The notes below the pieces were generated by a model. The model did no database searches, had not been told where the DNA came from, and worked only from the letters and a program-made list of their open reading frames with translations. DNA of 64,000 nucleotides from Acidobacteriota bacterium (lineage in GTDB: Bacteria; Acidobacteriota; UBA890; WLXD01): contig CBDBHB010000006.1 of NCBI GenBank assembly GCA_965205505.1, forward strand, positions 128,001 through 192,000, in the 5' to 3' direction. How positions within the stretch are numbered: the stretch's first letter is position 1; every line of letters starts with the position of its first letter. Below are positions 11,374 to 21,868 of the stretch, piece by piece. A program made the translations under genes and the position numbers.

Positions 11374-13458
11374 TCACTCTCCGACGGCTTCAGCCGCATC
11401 GTCGTCGGAAGCCGTGGGGGCTGAGAACAGGCCGGCCGCCAGCCGCTGGAAGCCCTCCACCGTAAGCGATTGGGCGCCATCGCTGAGAGCTTCGTCGGGT
11501 CGTGGATGCATCTCCACCATCACGCCTTGGGCTCCCGCCGCCAGCGCAGCCCGCGCCAACGGTGCCACCCAGCGGCGCACGCCAGCAGCGTGCGACGGGT
11601 CAACGATCACCGGTAGGTGGGTGCGCTCACGCACCACCGGGATCGCGGTGAGGTCGAGCGTCCCGCGGGTCGCCGTCTCAAAAGTGCGGATGCCACGCTC
11701 GCACAGGATCACATCCTGGTTGCCCTGCGCGAGGATGTACTCGGCAGCGGCGATCCACTCGTCGATCGACGACATCATGCCGCGCTTCAGCAACACCGGG
11801 CGTTGTGTCAGCCCGACCTCGCGCAGAAGTGCGAAGTTCTGCATATTGCGCGCTCCGATTTGGAGCACGTCGGCATGCTCCGCTACGCGTTGGACGACGG
11901 ACGTGTGGAGCACCTCGGTAACGATCGGAAGACCGTACTTCCGTCCTGCCTCCACGAGTAGATCGAGGCCGTCGTAGCCGAGACCCTGGAAAGAGTATGG
12001 GGACGTGCGCGGCTTAAAGCATCCGCCGCGGAGCATCGTCCCACCGGCCCGGCGTACGGATTCGGCGCAGGCATGGATCTGCTCGCGGGACTCGACCGAG
12101 CAGGGCCCCCCGATCAGCACCGGCTCCGGACCGCCGACTGCTACTTCGCCGATTCGCACCACGGTGTCTTCGGCACGCGTCGATCTGGAAGCGAGCTTGT
12201 ATGGCTTTTTTTCCAGCTGCGCGATGATCATCGCTCGCTCGTCGTCGGCCGATGGTTCGATCATTGCTTCAGCAACTGGTTTGGCCGGTCTGGGTTCCTT
12301 GAGCTTGGTGCCCTCCGTGAGGGCGGCATGCGCTGGGTACGAGCCGAGTACCTTCAGGAAGCGCGTTCGTGCCCCCACCGCGGTGAGCGCGGTCTGCACG
12401 TTGTCGTCAGCGACGTTGCCCTCGAAGTCCAGGTAGAAGAGGTACTCCCACGGCGCCCGTCGCCGCGGCCTCGACTCGAGCTTGGTGAGGTTGAGATCAT
12501 GATCGGCAAGCACCTGTAGGCACGCCGCGAGCGCGCTGTGCTCGTGTCGTGTGGCCAGCATCAACGATGTCTTGCAGGGAATGCACGGATCGCACTTCAG
12601 TGGCTCGCGCGCCACCACGAGGAAACGCGTGTAGTTCTCGGCCACATTGGCGAGGTTGCGGCGGATCACCGTCAGCCCGTGCAGTTGTGCTGCCTCCTCG
12701 CTTGCGATTGCCGCCTGCGACAGATCGCGCTCCCGAACGATGCGCTCGACCGCCATCGCGGTGTCCGTATACGACTCTGCTTGACACCTCGGCAACGAAT
12801 CGATGAACTCACTACACTGGGCCAGCGCCTGCGGGTGTGAAACGACACGGCGAATGCTCTCGATGGGTACCGACTCGATCGCCAAGAGGCAGTGCTCTAT
12901 ACGTAGCACCTCTTCTCCCACCGCCGACAGTAATGAGCGACCAAGCAGGTCATAGGCTTCGGTGACCGAGCCCGCGGTGCTGTTTTCGACCGGCAACACG
13001 GCGTAGCGGGCACGCCCTTCTTGCACCGCTTGGAGCGTCTCCCGGAAAGAGGGGAAGCCGATGAACTGCAGCTCGCCCGGTCGTTCTGCGAAGTAGCGTT
13101 TGCCGGCGATCTGACTGTAGGCGCCGGCGCTGCCCTGGTAGCTAACGCACAGCGTCTCGCCGTGCGTTTCCGAATCGGACAGCCCGACGAGATGTGACGT
13201 CTGGTGGCGCACCGACTGCTCCAGTATGCGGTGGAATACGGCGGTGACGTATCCGGGGTCGAGCCCCTGTCGGGCGCCCTCCTCGGTCAGCGTGCCCAGC
13301 AGGCGCCGTTCACGCTCGGGGTCGCGGGGTGACGCCCCGGTGGCTGCCTTGGACGCGGCCGCCTCGGCGATCATCTGCTGGCGCTCTGCGAGCGCGCGCA
13401 CCAGGCGTAGATCGATCTTGTCGAGCTCGCCTCGTATACGTTCCAGGTCGGTTCCCAT
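11374..13458 (-). CDS. Chorismate mutase / prephenate dehydratase-ACT / DAHP synthase (type I-beta) fusion
   Basis: AroQ-type N-terminus ([12 protein letters not shown]); PDT motifs [30 protein letters not shown]; DAHPS motifs [38 protein letters not shown]. Confidence 0.93.
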   Translation of the reverse strand: MGTDLERIRGELDKIDLRLVRALAERQQMIAEAAASKAATGASPRDPERERRLLGTLTEEGARQGLDPGYVTAVFHRILEQSVRHQTSHLVGLSDSETHGETLCVSYQGSAGAYSQIAGKRYFAERPGELQFIGFPSFRETLQAVQEGRARYAVLPVENSTAGSVTEAYDLLGRSLLSAVGEEVLRIEHCLLAIESVPIESIRRVVSHPQALAQCSEFIDSLPRCQAESYTDTAMAVERIVRERDLSQAAIASEEAAQLHGLTVIRRNLANVAENYTRFLVVAREPLKCDPCIPCKTSLMLATRHEHSALAACLQVLADHDLNLTKLESRPRRRAPWEYLFYLDFEGNVADDNVQTALTAVGARTRFLKVLGSYPAHAALTEGTKLKEPRPAKPVAEAMIEPSADDERAMIIAQLEKKPYKLASRSTRAEDTVVRIGEVAVGGPEPVLIGGPCSVESREQIHACAESVRRAGGTMLRGGCFKPRTSPYSFQGLGYDGLDLLVEAGRKYGLPIVTEVLHTSVVQRVAEHADVLQIGARNMQNFALLREVGLTQRPVLLKRGMMSSIDEWIAAAEYILAQGNQDVILCERGIRTFETATRGTLDLTAIPVVRERTHLPVIVDPSHAAGVRRWVAPLARAALAAGAQGVMVEMHPRPDEALSDGAQSLTVEGFQRLAAGLFSAPTASDDDAAEAVGE

Positions 13459-13486
13459 CTGCTCCTCGTTGCGGCTTTCAGGCCAC

Positions 13487-13516
13487 AAAAAAACCCGCCA
13501 GGTTGCCCCGGCGGGT
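13487..13516 (-). terminator. phe attenuator terminator
   Basis: Minus strand ACCCGCCGGGGCAACCTGGCGGGTTTTTTT. Confidence 0.85.
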
Positions 13517-13534
13517 CGCGGCCGATGATCGCTT

Positions 13535-13639
13535 TCAGGCTACACGACCCGCAAACGAAAAGAACGCGCAGGTCTGAGTCGGCACCGACGCGTGAGTCGC
13601 GCGAGCGTCGCTTGATTGGCTGGAGGCGTCCTTGAACAT
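13535..13639 (-). CDS. pheL: Phe-rich leader peptide (34 aa)
   Basis: [34 protein letters not shown]; FFSF cluster. GCGGGTCG in the leader can pair with CGACCCGC, which overlaps the terminator 5' arm. Confidence 0.75.
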   Translation of the reverse strand: MFKDASSQSSDARATHASVPTQTCAFFSFAGRVA

Positions 13640-13645
13640 CGGCTG

Positions 13646-13675
13646 ACGATCCGCCATCCCGCGGGTCGATGTCAA
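13646..13675 (-). promoter_or_regulatory. Putative sigma70 promoter of the phe leader
   Basis: TTGACA-18 bp-GATCGT, ending 6 nt before the leader ATG. Confidence 0.45.
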
Positions 13676-13768
13676 GGGCCTCGCCCCGTCGCCCTCGAAA
13701 CGAAGCCGTCAGGGCTGGTCAACGCGGCCGGCTTGCACTGCTCCCCGACGTTCTTCAACATCTGGAGC

Positions 13769-14263
13769 ATGAGCGATTCGAGTCTTGGGACACTTGCAGC
13801 TATCTGGATCAAGCGGGCCAAGCGCGGGCCCATGGACGCCGTCGAAACGGCACGGCTGGTTGCTGGTCTTGGCATCGTCGGCAATGCCAATCAAGGTGGC
13901 AAGCGCCAAGTCACGGTGATGGCGTCCGAGGCATGGGATGCAACGCGTGCCGACCTCGGGTTGAAGGTCGGCGAACGCCCCGCACCGATTGCTCGTCGGG
14001 ACCTGCTTACCACTGGGGTCGATCTGGCCGACAGTCGCGGCCGTGTGCTGCGCGTCGGCGACGTTCGCCTGCGCCTCAACGGCGAGACGGTGCCGTGTCA
14101 CTTGATGGAGGAGACCTGCGCCGGCCTGCAAGAAGCGATGCGGCCAGACTGGCGCGGCGGCGCGTTTGGCGAGGTGCTCGACGACGGCGAGATCGCACCG
14201 GGAGATCACGTGGAGTGGGTCGAGGGCGTGATACGGGTCCTTGCGAGCGCCGTCGACGTCTAG
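13769..14263 (+). CDS. MOSC-domain protein
   Basis: GKRQVT, RRDLLTTG, PCHLME and WRGG motifs; RBS GGAG before ATG 13769. Confidence 0.85.
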   Translation: MSDSSLGTLAAIWIKRAKRGPMDAVETARLVAGLGIVGNANQGGKRQVTVMASEAWDATRADLGLKVGERPAPIARRDLLTTGVDLADSRGRVLRVGDVRLRLNGETVPCHLMEETCAGLQEAMRPDWRGGAFGEVLDDGEIAPGDHVEWVEGVIRVLASAVDV

Positions 14264-14427
14264 TGCACGCCCCACAAATAGTGGTACGCCTGTAGAGTGT
14301 ATTGCGGGCGAGGTCAACGAGGAGTGTGCCTACGCTACTCCCACAAGGCTGATCAAGGGATTGCGTCAGCTACTACTTCCCCGCCGCTGCACGCACTCGT
14401 ATCATCGCCGGAGCAAGGGGGTGGGGC

Positions 14428-15088
14428 ATGCGCTTCGAGCTCCAGGCCGGTCTGTGGATCAGACCTGTGCTGGTGCCGTTCGGCGCCGGGCGAGGAAGGC
14501 GATTCGCCGATCTTGAGGACCAATCGCTGCACGTGCGGTTGGGCTGGCTGTTCAACGACACGATCGATCTGGCAGCCGTCGATGCCGTCGAGCGCTCTCG
14601 GTGGTCCCTGTACCTGGGGTTGGGCTGCTGTCTCGGATTCCACTAGTGGCCTGTAACAGATGATCGTTGCATATCGTGGTGGCGAAATGGGTCCGGATGC
14701 CAGGCGCGACGACGAGAGGATGTTTGCCCATCTTGGAGGAGGAGCAACGCCGCAGACGGGCCGATTTCGCCGCCATCCTACGGACAGATGGGCAGTTGCG
14801 GGCGATATCGGCGTTGCGCCTCGTCGACGATGCCCACTGCATCGCCTTCCTCGCCGCGCCTTGATCTCACCCGCAAATCCCATCTGCGATATGCAACGAT
14901 CATCTGTTACAGGCCACTACGAGTATGGGGTGCTGGTGTCGACGAGAAACGTCGTGCGGCTGCACTTCAAGGAACGGCAGGCGATGCCGGTGATGGGTCG
15001 CTTCAAGTTCCAGGCTGAATGGCTCTACCTGGCGCTCGAGGAGCCCGACCAGTTCATCGAAGAGATCGGCCGGCGCGTTTCGTCGTGA
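14428..15088 (+). pseudogene. Hypothetical ~128-aa gene interrupted by a MITE
   Basis: Removing 14644-14917 restores one ORF (...LGFH-YEYGVLVS...RRVSS*). Confidence 0.8.
14644..14919. mobile_element. MITE family A (33-bp perfect TIR, TA duplication)
   Basis: TAGTGGCCTGTAACAGATGATCGTTGCATATCG (14644-14676) and its exact reverse complement (14887-14919). Confidence 0.9.
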
Positions 15089-16830
15089 TCAGTCGCCGGC
15101 AGAGCGACAGAAAGACAGGTCGTGGCGGCGTGATCTGCTTGCTGCTGTTTGCCTTGCCCTTCGCGGGCGTTGGGACATTCGTCGGCTACCTGGCGGGCGC
15201 CAGCGTCTCGAGCTGGGTCAGGGCACAGTCGTGGGAGATGGTTCCGGCCCGCATCCTGAGCGCCAACCTCGAGGTGAGCCACGACAGCGACGCCACGACG
15301 TATCGCATCGAGGCCGTCTACGAATACGCCTATCAGGGTGAGTTGCACACCTCCGACGTCGTTCGCTTCGGCTTCGGGTCTGACAACGTCGGCTCGTTCC
15401 ATCAGGACAAACACGCCGAGCTGCAGCCCTATGTGGGCTCGGAGCGTCGCTTCCGCTGCTTCGTCAACCCGGCCGATCCGACCGAGGCCGTCCTTTATCG
15501 CGAGATGCGCTGGGGCATGCTCGGACTCATGGTCATCTTCGCGCTGGCCTTCAGCCTGGTCGGCTATGGCCTCATGTTTGCTGCCGTCTACGGCAGTCGT
15601 CTTGTAGCGGTGGCCGACAAGCTCAAGAAGGGCCACCCGGCCGAGCCGTGGCGTTGGGAGCGTGAATGGACCGCCGGCCGTGTATCGTCGGGCGCCAAGG
15701 GGACCGTGATCGGCGCTGCCATCTTCGCGGTTTTCTGGAACCTGATATCAGCGCCCGCTCTTTTCTTAGTTCCGACCGAAGTTGCCGATGGCAACCGCCT
15801 GGCGTTGATCGCCCTCATCTTTCCTGCCATTGGTTTGTTGCTGGTGGGGTGGACGGTGCGGGCGTTCCTACGCTGGCGTAAGTTCGGTAGCGCCACGTTC
15901 GAGCTGACCACCAACCCGGGTGTGCTGGGCGGCTACCTCGAGGGGCTGATTCATACCGGCATCCGCGGCAATCTGGATGAGGGTTTCGAGGTGACTCTGA
16001 CCTGCACCCGCACGGTCAGCACCGGTAGCGGCGACAACCGCAGTACCCGCGACGATGTCCTATGGCAGGACGCCGCCTTCGTGCGGCGCGGCACCCTCGG
16101 CTTCGGGCCCGAGGGGATTACGGTTCCGGTGCGCTTCGCCATTCCCTTCGCCGCCGCTCCGGCAAGCGATCCTGACGCCTCCCAGCCGATCCATTGGAAG
16201 CTGGCGGCCGAGGCCGAGATGACCGGGGTGGACTTCGCCGCCGAGTTCAAAGTACCTGTGTTCAAGACCGACGACAGCGATCCCGATCTGGAGATCGAGC
16301 CGGCCGAGGTCGATCAAACGAGCCCGCACGACTGGGCCGCTGAGCTCGCAACGATGGGGATCGAGACCGAGGCTACCGCGGCCGGTGGGCGTCGCTACGT
16401 CTTCCGCCGCGTCCGGCACAAGGGAGTTGCCGCCGGCGTGACGGCTTTCACGGCCGTCTGGTACGGGTTCATCTGGATGATGGTCTCGCTCGGAGCGCCG
16501 CTCGTGTTCCCGATCATGTTCGGGCTCTTCGCGGCGATCATGGTCTGGTTCTTGCTCGAACTGTGGGTCGCCGAGATCAGCGTCGAGGTTGGCAACGGAA
16601 CACTCGCTTTCACCAAGCGGCTGCTCGGGCCCGGTCGCTCCAGGTCCTTCATGCGCGACCAGATCACCGCCATGCGACCCACCCCCGGCATGCAGGCCAA
16701 CAACAAGCTCTACTACCGCATAGAGCTATCGACGCGCAATGATGACGAGCACATCATCGCCACCCAGCTCGACAGCCAGCGGCTCGCCCGCCGCCTGATC
16801 GGCGAGATGCAGGAGGTGCTCGGAGCTTGA
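15085..16830 (+). CDS. DUF3592-like multi-pass membrane protein
   Basis: Several TM segments, W.MVPARIL...YEYAYQG...VNPADPTEAVL pattern; GTG overlaps the upstream TGA. Confidence 0.7.
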   Translation: MISRRQSDRKTGRGGVICLLLFALPFAGVGTFVGYLAGASVSSWVRAQSWEMVPARILSANLEVSHDSDATTYRIEAVYEYAYQGELHTSDVVRFGFGSDNVGSFHQDKHAELQPYVGSERRFRCFVNPADPTEAVLYREMRWGMLGLMVIFALAFSLVGYGLMFAAVYGSRLVAVADKLKKGHPAEPWRWEREWTAGRVSSGAKGTVIGAAIFAVFWNLISAPALFLVPTEVADGNRLALIALIFPAIGLLLVGWTVRAFLRWRKFGSATFELTTNPGVLGGYLEGLIHTGIRGNLDEGFEVTLTCTRTVSTGSGDNRSTRDDVLWQDAAFVRRGTLGFGPEGITVPVRFAIPFAAAPASDPDASQPIHWKLAAEAEMTGVDFAAEFKVPVFKTDDSDPDLEIEPAEVDQTSPHDWAAELATMGIETEATAAGGRRYVFRRVRHKGVAAGVTAFTAVWYGFIWMMVSLGAPLVFPIMFGLFAAIMVWFLLELWVAEISVEVGNGTLAFTKRLLGPGRSRSFMRDQITAMRPTPGMQANNKLYYRIELSTRNDDEHIIATQLDSQRLARRLIGEMQEVLGA

Positions 16831-16841
16831 GTCAGCGTGCG

Positions 16842-17831
16842 TTAGCTGGCCGCCGCCTGGTAGGCGCTGGCGATCGCCATCAGCGCCAGCATGTAGAGCA
16901 GGAACATCATCGCCAGGTAACTCTTCGCCTTGCCGTCGGCTCCCTCGAACTCCTTCCACACGAAGATCCCCCATGCCGCCGCGACCATCGGTGCCGCCTG
17001 TCCGACCGCATACGCGATCGCGACGCCCACAAGGCTGGCGGAGACGAAGTTGAAGACCGCGCCGGTGCCCCAGATGAGGCCGCCCAGGAGTCCGAACACG
17101 TGGTTTTCCGGGGGCGCGGAGAAGAAACCGGAGAAGTTGACTGGTTCGCCCACGATCGGGTTCTTCATGAAGTAGACGTTGAAGACGAAGCTGCTCAGGA
17201 GTGCCGCGAGGGTAAAGAACACGGCGATGCTGTACGGGGTCAGCGGATGTCCGGCGGTCAGCGCCCGGGTCACGAACGGTGCGAACGCGCCCATTAGCAG
17301 CCCCGAGATCACGCACACCATCATGGCCTTTTTCGACACTGCTTCGCCCGCCGACGATACGCGGGCGTATGCCTTGCCGTCGAAGATCACAGCGCCGAGC
17401 GCGAGTGCCACGCCGAGGCCGAGGATCATCGGGTTCCCCACCGGCTGCAATGCGTAGCTGAGCACGACTCCGATTACGAGCGCGATGCCGATGGCGACAG
17501 GTAGTGCCACCGCGAGGCCGGCCATCTCGATGCCGGCAACGAGCAGGAGGTTGGCGATGTTGAAGATCGTCCCGCCGAGCATCGCGTAGGCGATGTTGCT
17601 GCGATCGGCGGACGCGACGTTGCTCAGGAACCCCTCTCCGGCGCCGCCGGTGGAGCCCATCGTGAACGCGTACACGAGCGAAGCGAGAAAGATGCCGAGG
17701 GCGAAGTCCCAGTAGTAGTACTCGAACCGATAGTCCTTGGTGAGCTTGATGGTATTGGCCCACGATCCCCAGCAGATGGTGCTGACGATCATCATCACCA
17801 TCGCCAAACCGAATGTTTCCGGGACGAACAT
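16842..17831 (-). CDS. DMT-superfamily transporter (GRP sugar/ureide permease-like)
   Basis: CWGSWANT and WGIFVWKEF motifs, about 10 TM segments; RBS GGAGG. Confidence 0.75.
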   Translation of the reverse strand: MFVPETFGLAMVMMIVSTICWGSWANTIKLTKDYRFEYYYWDFALGIFLASLVYAFTMGSTGGAGEGFLSNVASADRSNIAYAMLGGTIFNIANLLLVAGIEMAGLAVALPVAIGIALVIGVVLSYALQPVGNPMILGLGVALALGAVIFDGKAYARVSSAGEAVSKKAMMVCVISGLLMGAFAPFVTRALTAGHPLTPYSIAVFFTLAALLSSFVFNVYFMKNPIVGEPVNFSGFFSAPPENHVFGLLGGLIWGTGAVFNFVSASLVGVAIAYAVGQAAPMVAAAWGIFVWKEFEGADGKAKSYLAMMFLLYMLALMAIASAYQAAAS

Positions 17832-18168
17832 GTACCCTCCTTCTACCAGGATGCAGCCGCCGTTCACTGAGCATGGACAGCGTGAATCGCGCGGAGTCTA
17901 GCCAATCCCACTGGTACGCACCACGCCGCCGTTCTCACGCGAGGCGGAGTCGAGGTTAACGAGATAGGTTGGGGGGGGGCGCGATCCCGACGGTATCCTC
18001 AGCAGACGGACTCGCCATAGCTTTGGCTATCGAGGTGCAATGCTGCCGGAGCTCGAAGCTCCGCACGCTTGTCGGCGTGCTCGAGTTGCGCCGCCACCCG
18101 AGAGCGATCGGTCGCTCGATCAAAAACTCCCATCGCCGGCTACGCGGCGACTCGAACCGAGGACAATC

Positions 18169-21100
18169 ATGCGTAAGCTCAGCCCTCTTGTCACCATGGC
18201 AGCCCTGCTCGCGTTGGCGATGCCCGCCGCTGGATCGGCCGGGCAGGCGTCGCCCGCCGGTGCGCAGCACTACCTAGCGCCGCCGGAGGAGCGCACCACG
18301 GATCGGACTATCCTGCCGCCCTGGTTGCACGGTGTCCCCGTCGACCCCATGACCGGCTACCCGTACGGGTACCTGGTACTCGGCCAGGAAGACGAGGAAG
18401 GCGACGATGACGAGGAAGAGTCGCAAGACGACTGGGACGAGAAGGACCTGCCGCTCGAGCCGACACGCACTGTGGCATTCACCGCGACGGAGGGCTCCTG
18501 GCTGTCGTTGGACGTCAGCCCCGACGGGTCGACGGTGCTCTTCGACTTGCTCGGTGACCTCTACACCGTTCCGATGACCGGCGGAGAAGCGGTGCGAGTC
18601 ACCGAGGGGATGAGCTTCGACAGCATGCCGAGCTATAGCCCCGACGGTACCGAGGTGCTCTTCGTCTCGGATCGTAGCGGTTCGGAAAACCTGTGGGTGT
18701 TGAAGCTCGATGAGGACGACGAGGACGAGCGCTTTCGCCAGGTGACCAAGGACAAGAACAGCAACTTCGCGTCGTCCGAATGGACTCCCGACGGGAAGTA
18801 CATCGTTGCTGCCAAGGCGGGGGCAGGTGTTCGTGCCCAGAACCTCTTTCTGATCCATGCCGAGAAGGGCGGCGACGGTATCCAGATCGGAGAAGCGAAC
18901 AGCTCCATTCGCCAGATGGGCCCCGCTTTTGGCGCCGACGATCGTTGGATCTGGTTTGCCACACGCACGGGAGGCTGGCAGTACAACGCGATCTTTCCTC
19001 AGTACCAGCTCGCGGTCTACGACCGTCAGACCGGTGAGGTGAGCCGACGTAGCTCACGATATGGCTCGGCCTTCCGGCCAACGCTTTCGCCAGACGGAAA
19101 GTGGCTGGTCTATGGAACCAGGCACGAGGACCAGACCGGACTGCGGCTACGCGATCTCGCAACCGGCGACGAGAGCTGGCTAGCGTATCCCGTGCAGCGC
19201 GACGACCAGGAGTCCATCGCATCGCGCGACGTGCTTCCCGGAATGTCGTTCACGCCCGACTCTGCGGTGCTGGTTGTGTCGTATGGGGGCAAGATCTGGC
19301 GTGTCCCGATCGACGGTTCCGCCACAGTCGAGATTCCGTTCACCGCCGAGGTAGAGCTCGAGGCGGGACCCAAGCTCGCCTTCGACTACCCGGTTGACGA
19401 TCGTCCCGAGTTCGAAGTGCGCCAGATACGCGATGCGGTGCCCTCTCCCGATGGCCGCCAGCTCGCGTTCACCGCGCTCGACCGTCTCTACGTCATGGAT
19501 TGGCCGGACGGTGCACCACGACGATTGACCGAATCGGATGACGTCGAAGCCATGCCCGCCTGGTCACCCGACGGCGCGACGCTGGCGTATGTGACCTGGG
19601 ACCAGACCGACGGAGGGCATGTTTCGGCGATCTCGGCCGCTGGTGGTACATCGCGCCGGCTGACGAGAATGAACGGCACCTACACGCAGGTGGCGTGGGC
19701 GCCGGACGGCGAGCGCATCGTTGCGGTCCGAGGACCGGCGCGTGACTATCAGGAGGCCACCGGTCCGTCCTTTGGCGGGCGTGCGAGGGCCGATCTGGTA
19801 TGGATTCCAGCTGGCGGCGGTGACTGGACACGAATCGCCCCAATGAGCGGCCGTACCGCTCCACACTTCGGTGCCGATCCCGATCGCGTCTACCTGTATG
19901 CGGGCCGCGCCGGCCTGGTCTCGCTTCGTTGGGACGGCACCGATCTGAAGGAGCATCTCAAGGTCACCGGCCCGCCGATCCCGGGTGCGGAGGGGCCGCC
20001 GCCGCCGGCTGGCTGGGTGAAGATCGCGCCGACTGGCGACAAGGCGCTCGCACGCGTCGGTATGGACCTCTACGCCATCGAGGCCATTCCACTGGTTGGC
20101 GCCGAGGCGCCGTCGATCTCGATGTCGAACATCTCCAACGCACCAATTCCGGTGCGTAAGCTTACCGATATCGGCGGCGAGTTTCCGGCGTGGAGTGCCG
20201 ACGGCAATACTGTGCACTGGTCGATCGGCAACGCCCATGTGACCTACGACCTCGAGGAAGCCGAGCGTATCGACGAGGAGCTCGAGGCCGAGAAGAAGCG
20301 CAAGGCGAAGGAGAAGAAAGAGAAGGCAGCCGCTGACAAGGAGGCCGGCGAAGAGGGCGCAGACGCCCCCGAGGGCGACGAAGACGACGCCGGCGAGGAT
20401 GACGACGACGATAGCGAGGACGACGAGGACGAGGGTTATGAGCCGTTCGAGAAGCGCGTCGTGGTCATGGCGTCGCGAGATCTCTCAACCAGCACCGTAG
20501 TGCTGCGGCGTGCGCGCGTCATCACCATGAACGGCGACGAGGTGATCGAAAACGCCGACATCGTGGTCGAGGGCAACCGCATCAAGGCGGTCGGGCGGCG
20601 CGGCCGCGTGCAGATCCCGGAAGGCGCCGAGCGCATCGATCTGCGCGGCAAGACCATCGTGCCGGGCTTCGTCGACACACATGCCCACATGTGGCCGAAC
20701 TGGGGTCTGCACAAGCAACAGGTGTGGATGTACCTCGCTAACCTGGCTTACGGGGTGACCACCACGCGTGACCCACAGACCGCCACCACCGATGTGCTGA
20801 CGTACTCCGACAAGGTCGAGACTGGAGAGCTCATTGGCCCGCGCGTCTTCTCGACCGGGCCAGGGGTGTTCTCGGGCGAGCGTTGGCGCGACGCCGACCA
20901 CGCCCGCGACGTGCTCAAGCGTTACTCCGAGTATTACCAGACCAACACCATCAAGATGTACATGTCGGGCAGCCGCCAGACCCGGCAGTGGATCATCAAT
21001 GCTGCCCGTGAGCAGGAGCTCATGCCGACGACGGAAGGTGGGCTCGACCTGGAGTACAACCTGACGATGGCGATCGACGGGTACCCGGGGCAGGAGCACT

Positions 21101-21774
21101 CGCTGCCGATTTATCCTCTGTACGAGGACGTCGTGCAGCTGTTCGCGCAAACCGGAATCACATACTCGCCAACCCTGATCGTCAGCTACGGGGGGCCGTT
21201 CGGGGAGAACTACTTCTATACCAACGAGAACCCGTACAACGATCCAAAGATCCAGCGCTTCTATCCCTATTCTGCACTGGCGCCGAAAGCACGCCGGCGC
21301 GGTGCCGGCAGTGGTGGGAGCCCGGGCCCGGGCGGTTGGTTTATGGACGAGGAATACGCCTTCGAGGGCCACGCCGAGGTGCTCAAGCGCATCGTCGAGG
21401 CCGGTGGTCGTGGGGGCGTCGGCAGCCACGGCCAGTTTGATGGTCTTGGATACCACTGGGAGCTGTGGATGATCGCCTCCGGCGGAATGTCGAACCACGA
21501 CGCGCTTCGAGTGGCGACGATCCACGGCGCAGAGGGCATCGGCGTAGAGAACGATCTGGGCTCGATCGAGCCGGGGAAGATCGCCGACCTGATCGTGCTC
21601 GATGCCGATCCATTGCAGAACATTCGCAACACGAGCCGCATCTACCGGGTGATGAAGGACGGACGCTTGTACGACGGCGCCACCCTCGCCGAGATCTACC
21701 CACGCCAGCGGGAGGTACAGGGCATGTACTGGTCGGATAGCTACACTCCTTTCTCGGATGCCGGGATTCGCTAG
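18169..21774 (+). CDS. Exported amidohydrolase with PD40/TolB beta-propeller repeats
   Basis: Signal peptide, repeated SPDG motifs, PGFVDTHAH, GSIEPGKIADLIVL; two Asp/Glu-rich linkers. Confidence 0.88.
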   Translation: MRKLSPLVTMAALLALAMPAAGSAGQASPAGAQHYLAPPEERTTDRTILPPWLHGVPVDPMTGYPYGYLVLGQEDEEGDDDEEESQDDWDEKDLPLEPTRTVAFTATEGSWLSLDVSPDGSTVLFDLLGDLYTVPMTGGEAVRVTEGMSFDSMPSYSPDGTEVLFVSDRSGSENLWVLKLDEDDEDERFRQVTKDKNSNFASSEWTPDGKYIVAAKAGAGVRAQNLFLIHAEKGGDGIQIGEANSSIRQMGPAFGADDRWIWFATRTGGWQYNAIFPQYQLAVYDRQTGEVSRRSSRYGSAFRPTLSPDGKWLVYGTRHEDQTGLRLRDLATGDESWLAYPVQRDDQESIASRDVLPGMSFTPDSAVLVVSYGGKIWRVPIDGSATVEIPFTAEVELEAGPKLAFDYPVDDRPEFEVRQIRDAVPSPDGRQLAFTALDRLYVMDWPDGAPRRLTESDDVEAMPAWSPDGATLAYVTWDQTDGGHVSAISAAGGTSRRLTRMNGTYTQVAWAPDGERIVAVRGPARDYQEATGPSFGGRARADLVWIPAGGGDWTRIAPMSGRTAPHFGADPDRVYLYAGRAGLVSLRWDGTDLKEHLKVTGPPIPGAEGPPPPAGWVKIAPTGDKALARVGMDLYAIEAIPLVGAEAPSISMSNISNAPIPVRKLTDIGGEFPAWSADGNTVHWSIGNAHVTYDLEEAERIDEELEAEKKRKAKEKKEKAAADKEAGEEGADAPEGDEDDAGEDDDDDSEDDEDEGYEPFEKRVVVMASRDLSTSTVVLRRARVITMNGDEVIENADIVVEGNRIKAVGRRGRVQIPEGAERIDLRGKTIVPGFVDTHAHMWPNWGLHKQQVWMYLANLAYGVTTTRDPQTATTDVLTYSDKVETGELIGPRVFSTGPGVFSGERWRDADHARDVLKRYSEYYQTNTIKMYMSGSRQTRQWIINAAREQELMPTTEGGLDLEYNLTMAIDGYPGQEHSLPIYPLYEDVVQLFAQTGITYSPTLIVSYGGPFGENYFYTNENPYNDPKIQRFYPYSALAPKARRRGAGSGGSPGPGGWFMDEEYAFEGHAEVLKRIVEAGGRGGVGSHGQFDGLGYHWELWMIASGGMSNHDALRVATIHGAEGIGVENDLGSIEPGKIADLIVLDADPLQNIRNTSRIYRVMKDGRLYDGATLAEIYPRQREVQGMYWSDSYTPFSDAGIR

Positions 21775-21835
21775 ATAGGAGTTGGCGGGGGCGTGTCTCC
21801 CGGCTGTGCGACATCCCAGTCAGGTCCGAAGCTCG

Positions 21836-21868
21836 AGGGCCGCCGGTTAGCGCCGGCGGCCCTTTCTC
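21836..21868 (+). terminator. Intrinsic terminator
   Basis: AGGGCCGCCGG-TTAGCG-CCGGCGGCCCT-TTCTC. Confidence 0.7.

Noticed and set aside
14910-14919. MITE-A end (CAGGCCACTA) as the true target of the IS guide AAGGTCACTA
   Set aside because: The second guide does not match at the spacing seen at the real insertion site; probably coincidence.
20270-20440. Asp/Glu/Lys-rich low-complexity stretch as a repeat element
   Set aside because: In-frame disordered linker within the amidohydrolase.
21815-21835. SRP RNA (ffs) gene call
   Set aside because: The GGAAGCAG half of the conserved helix is missing; kept only as a low-interest finding.
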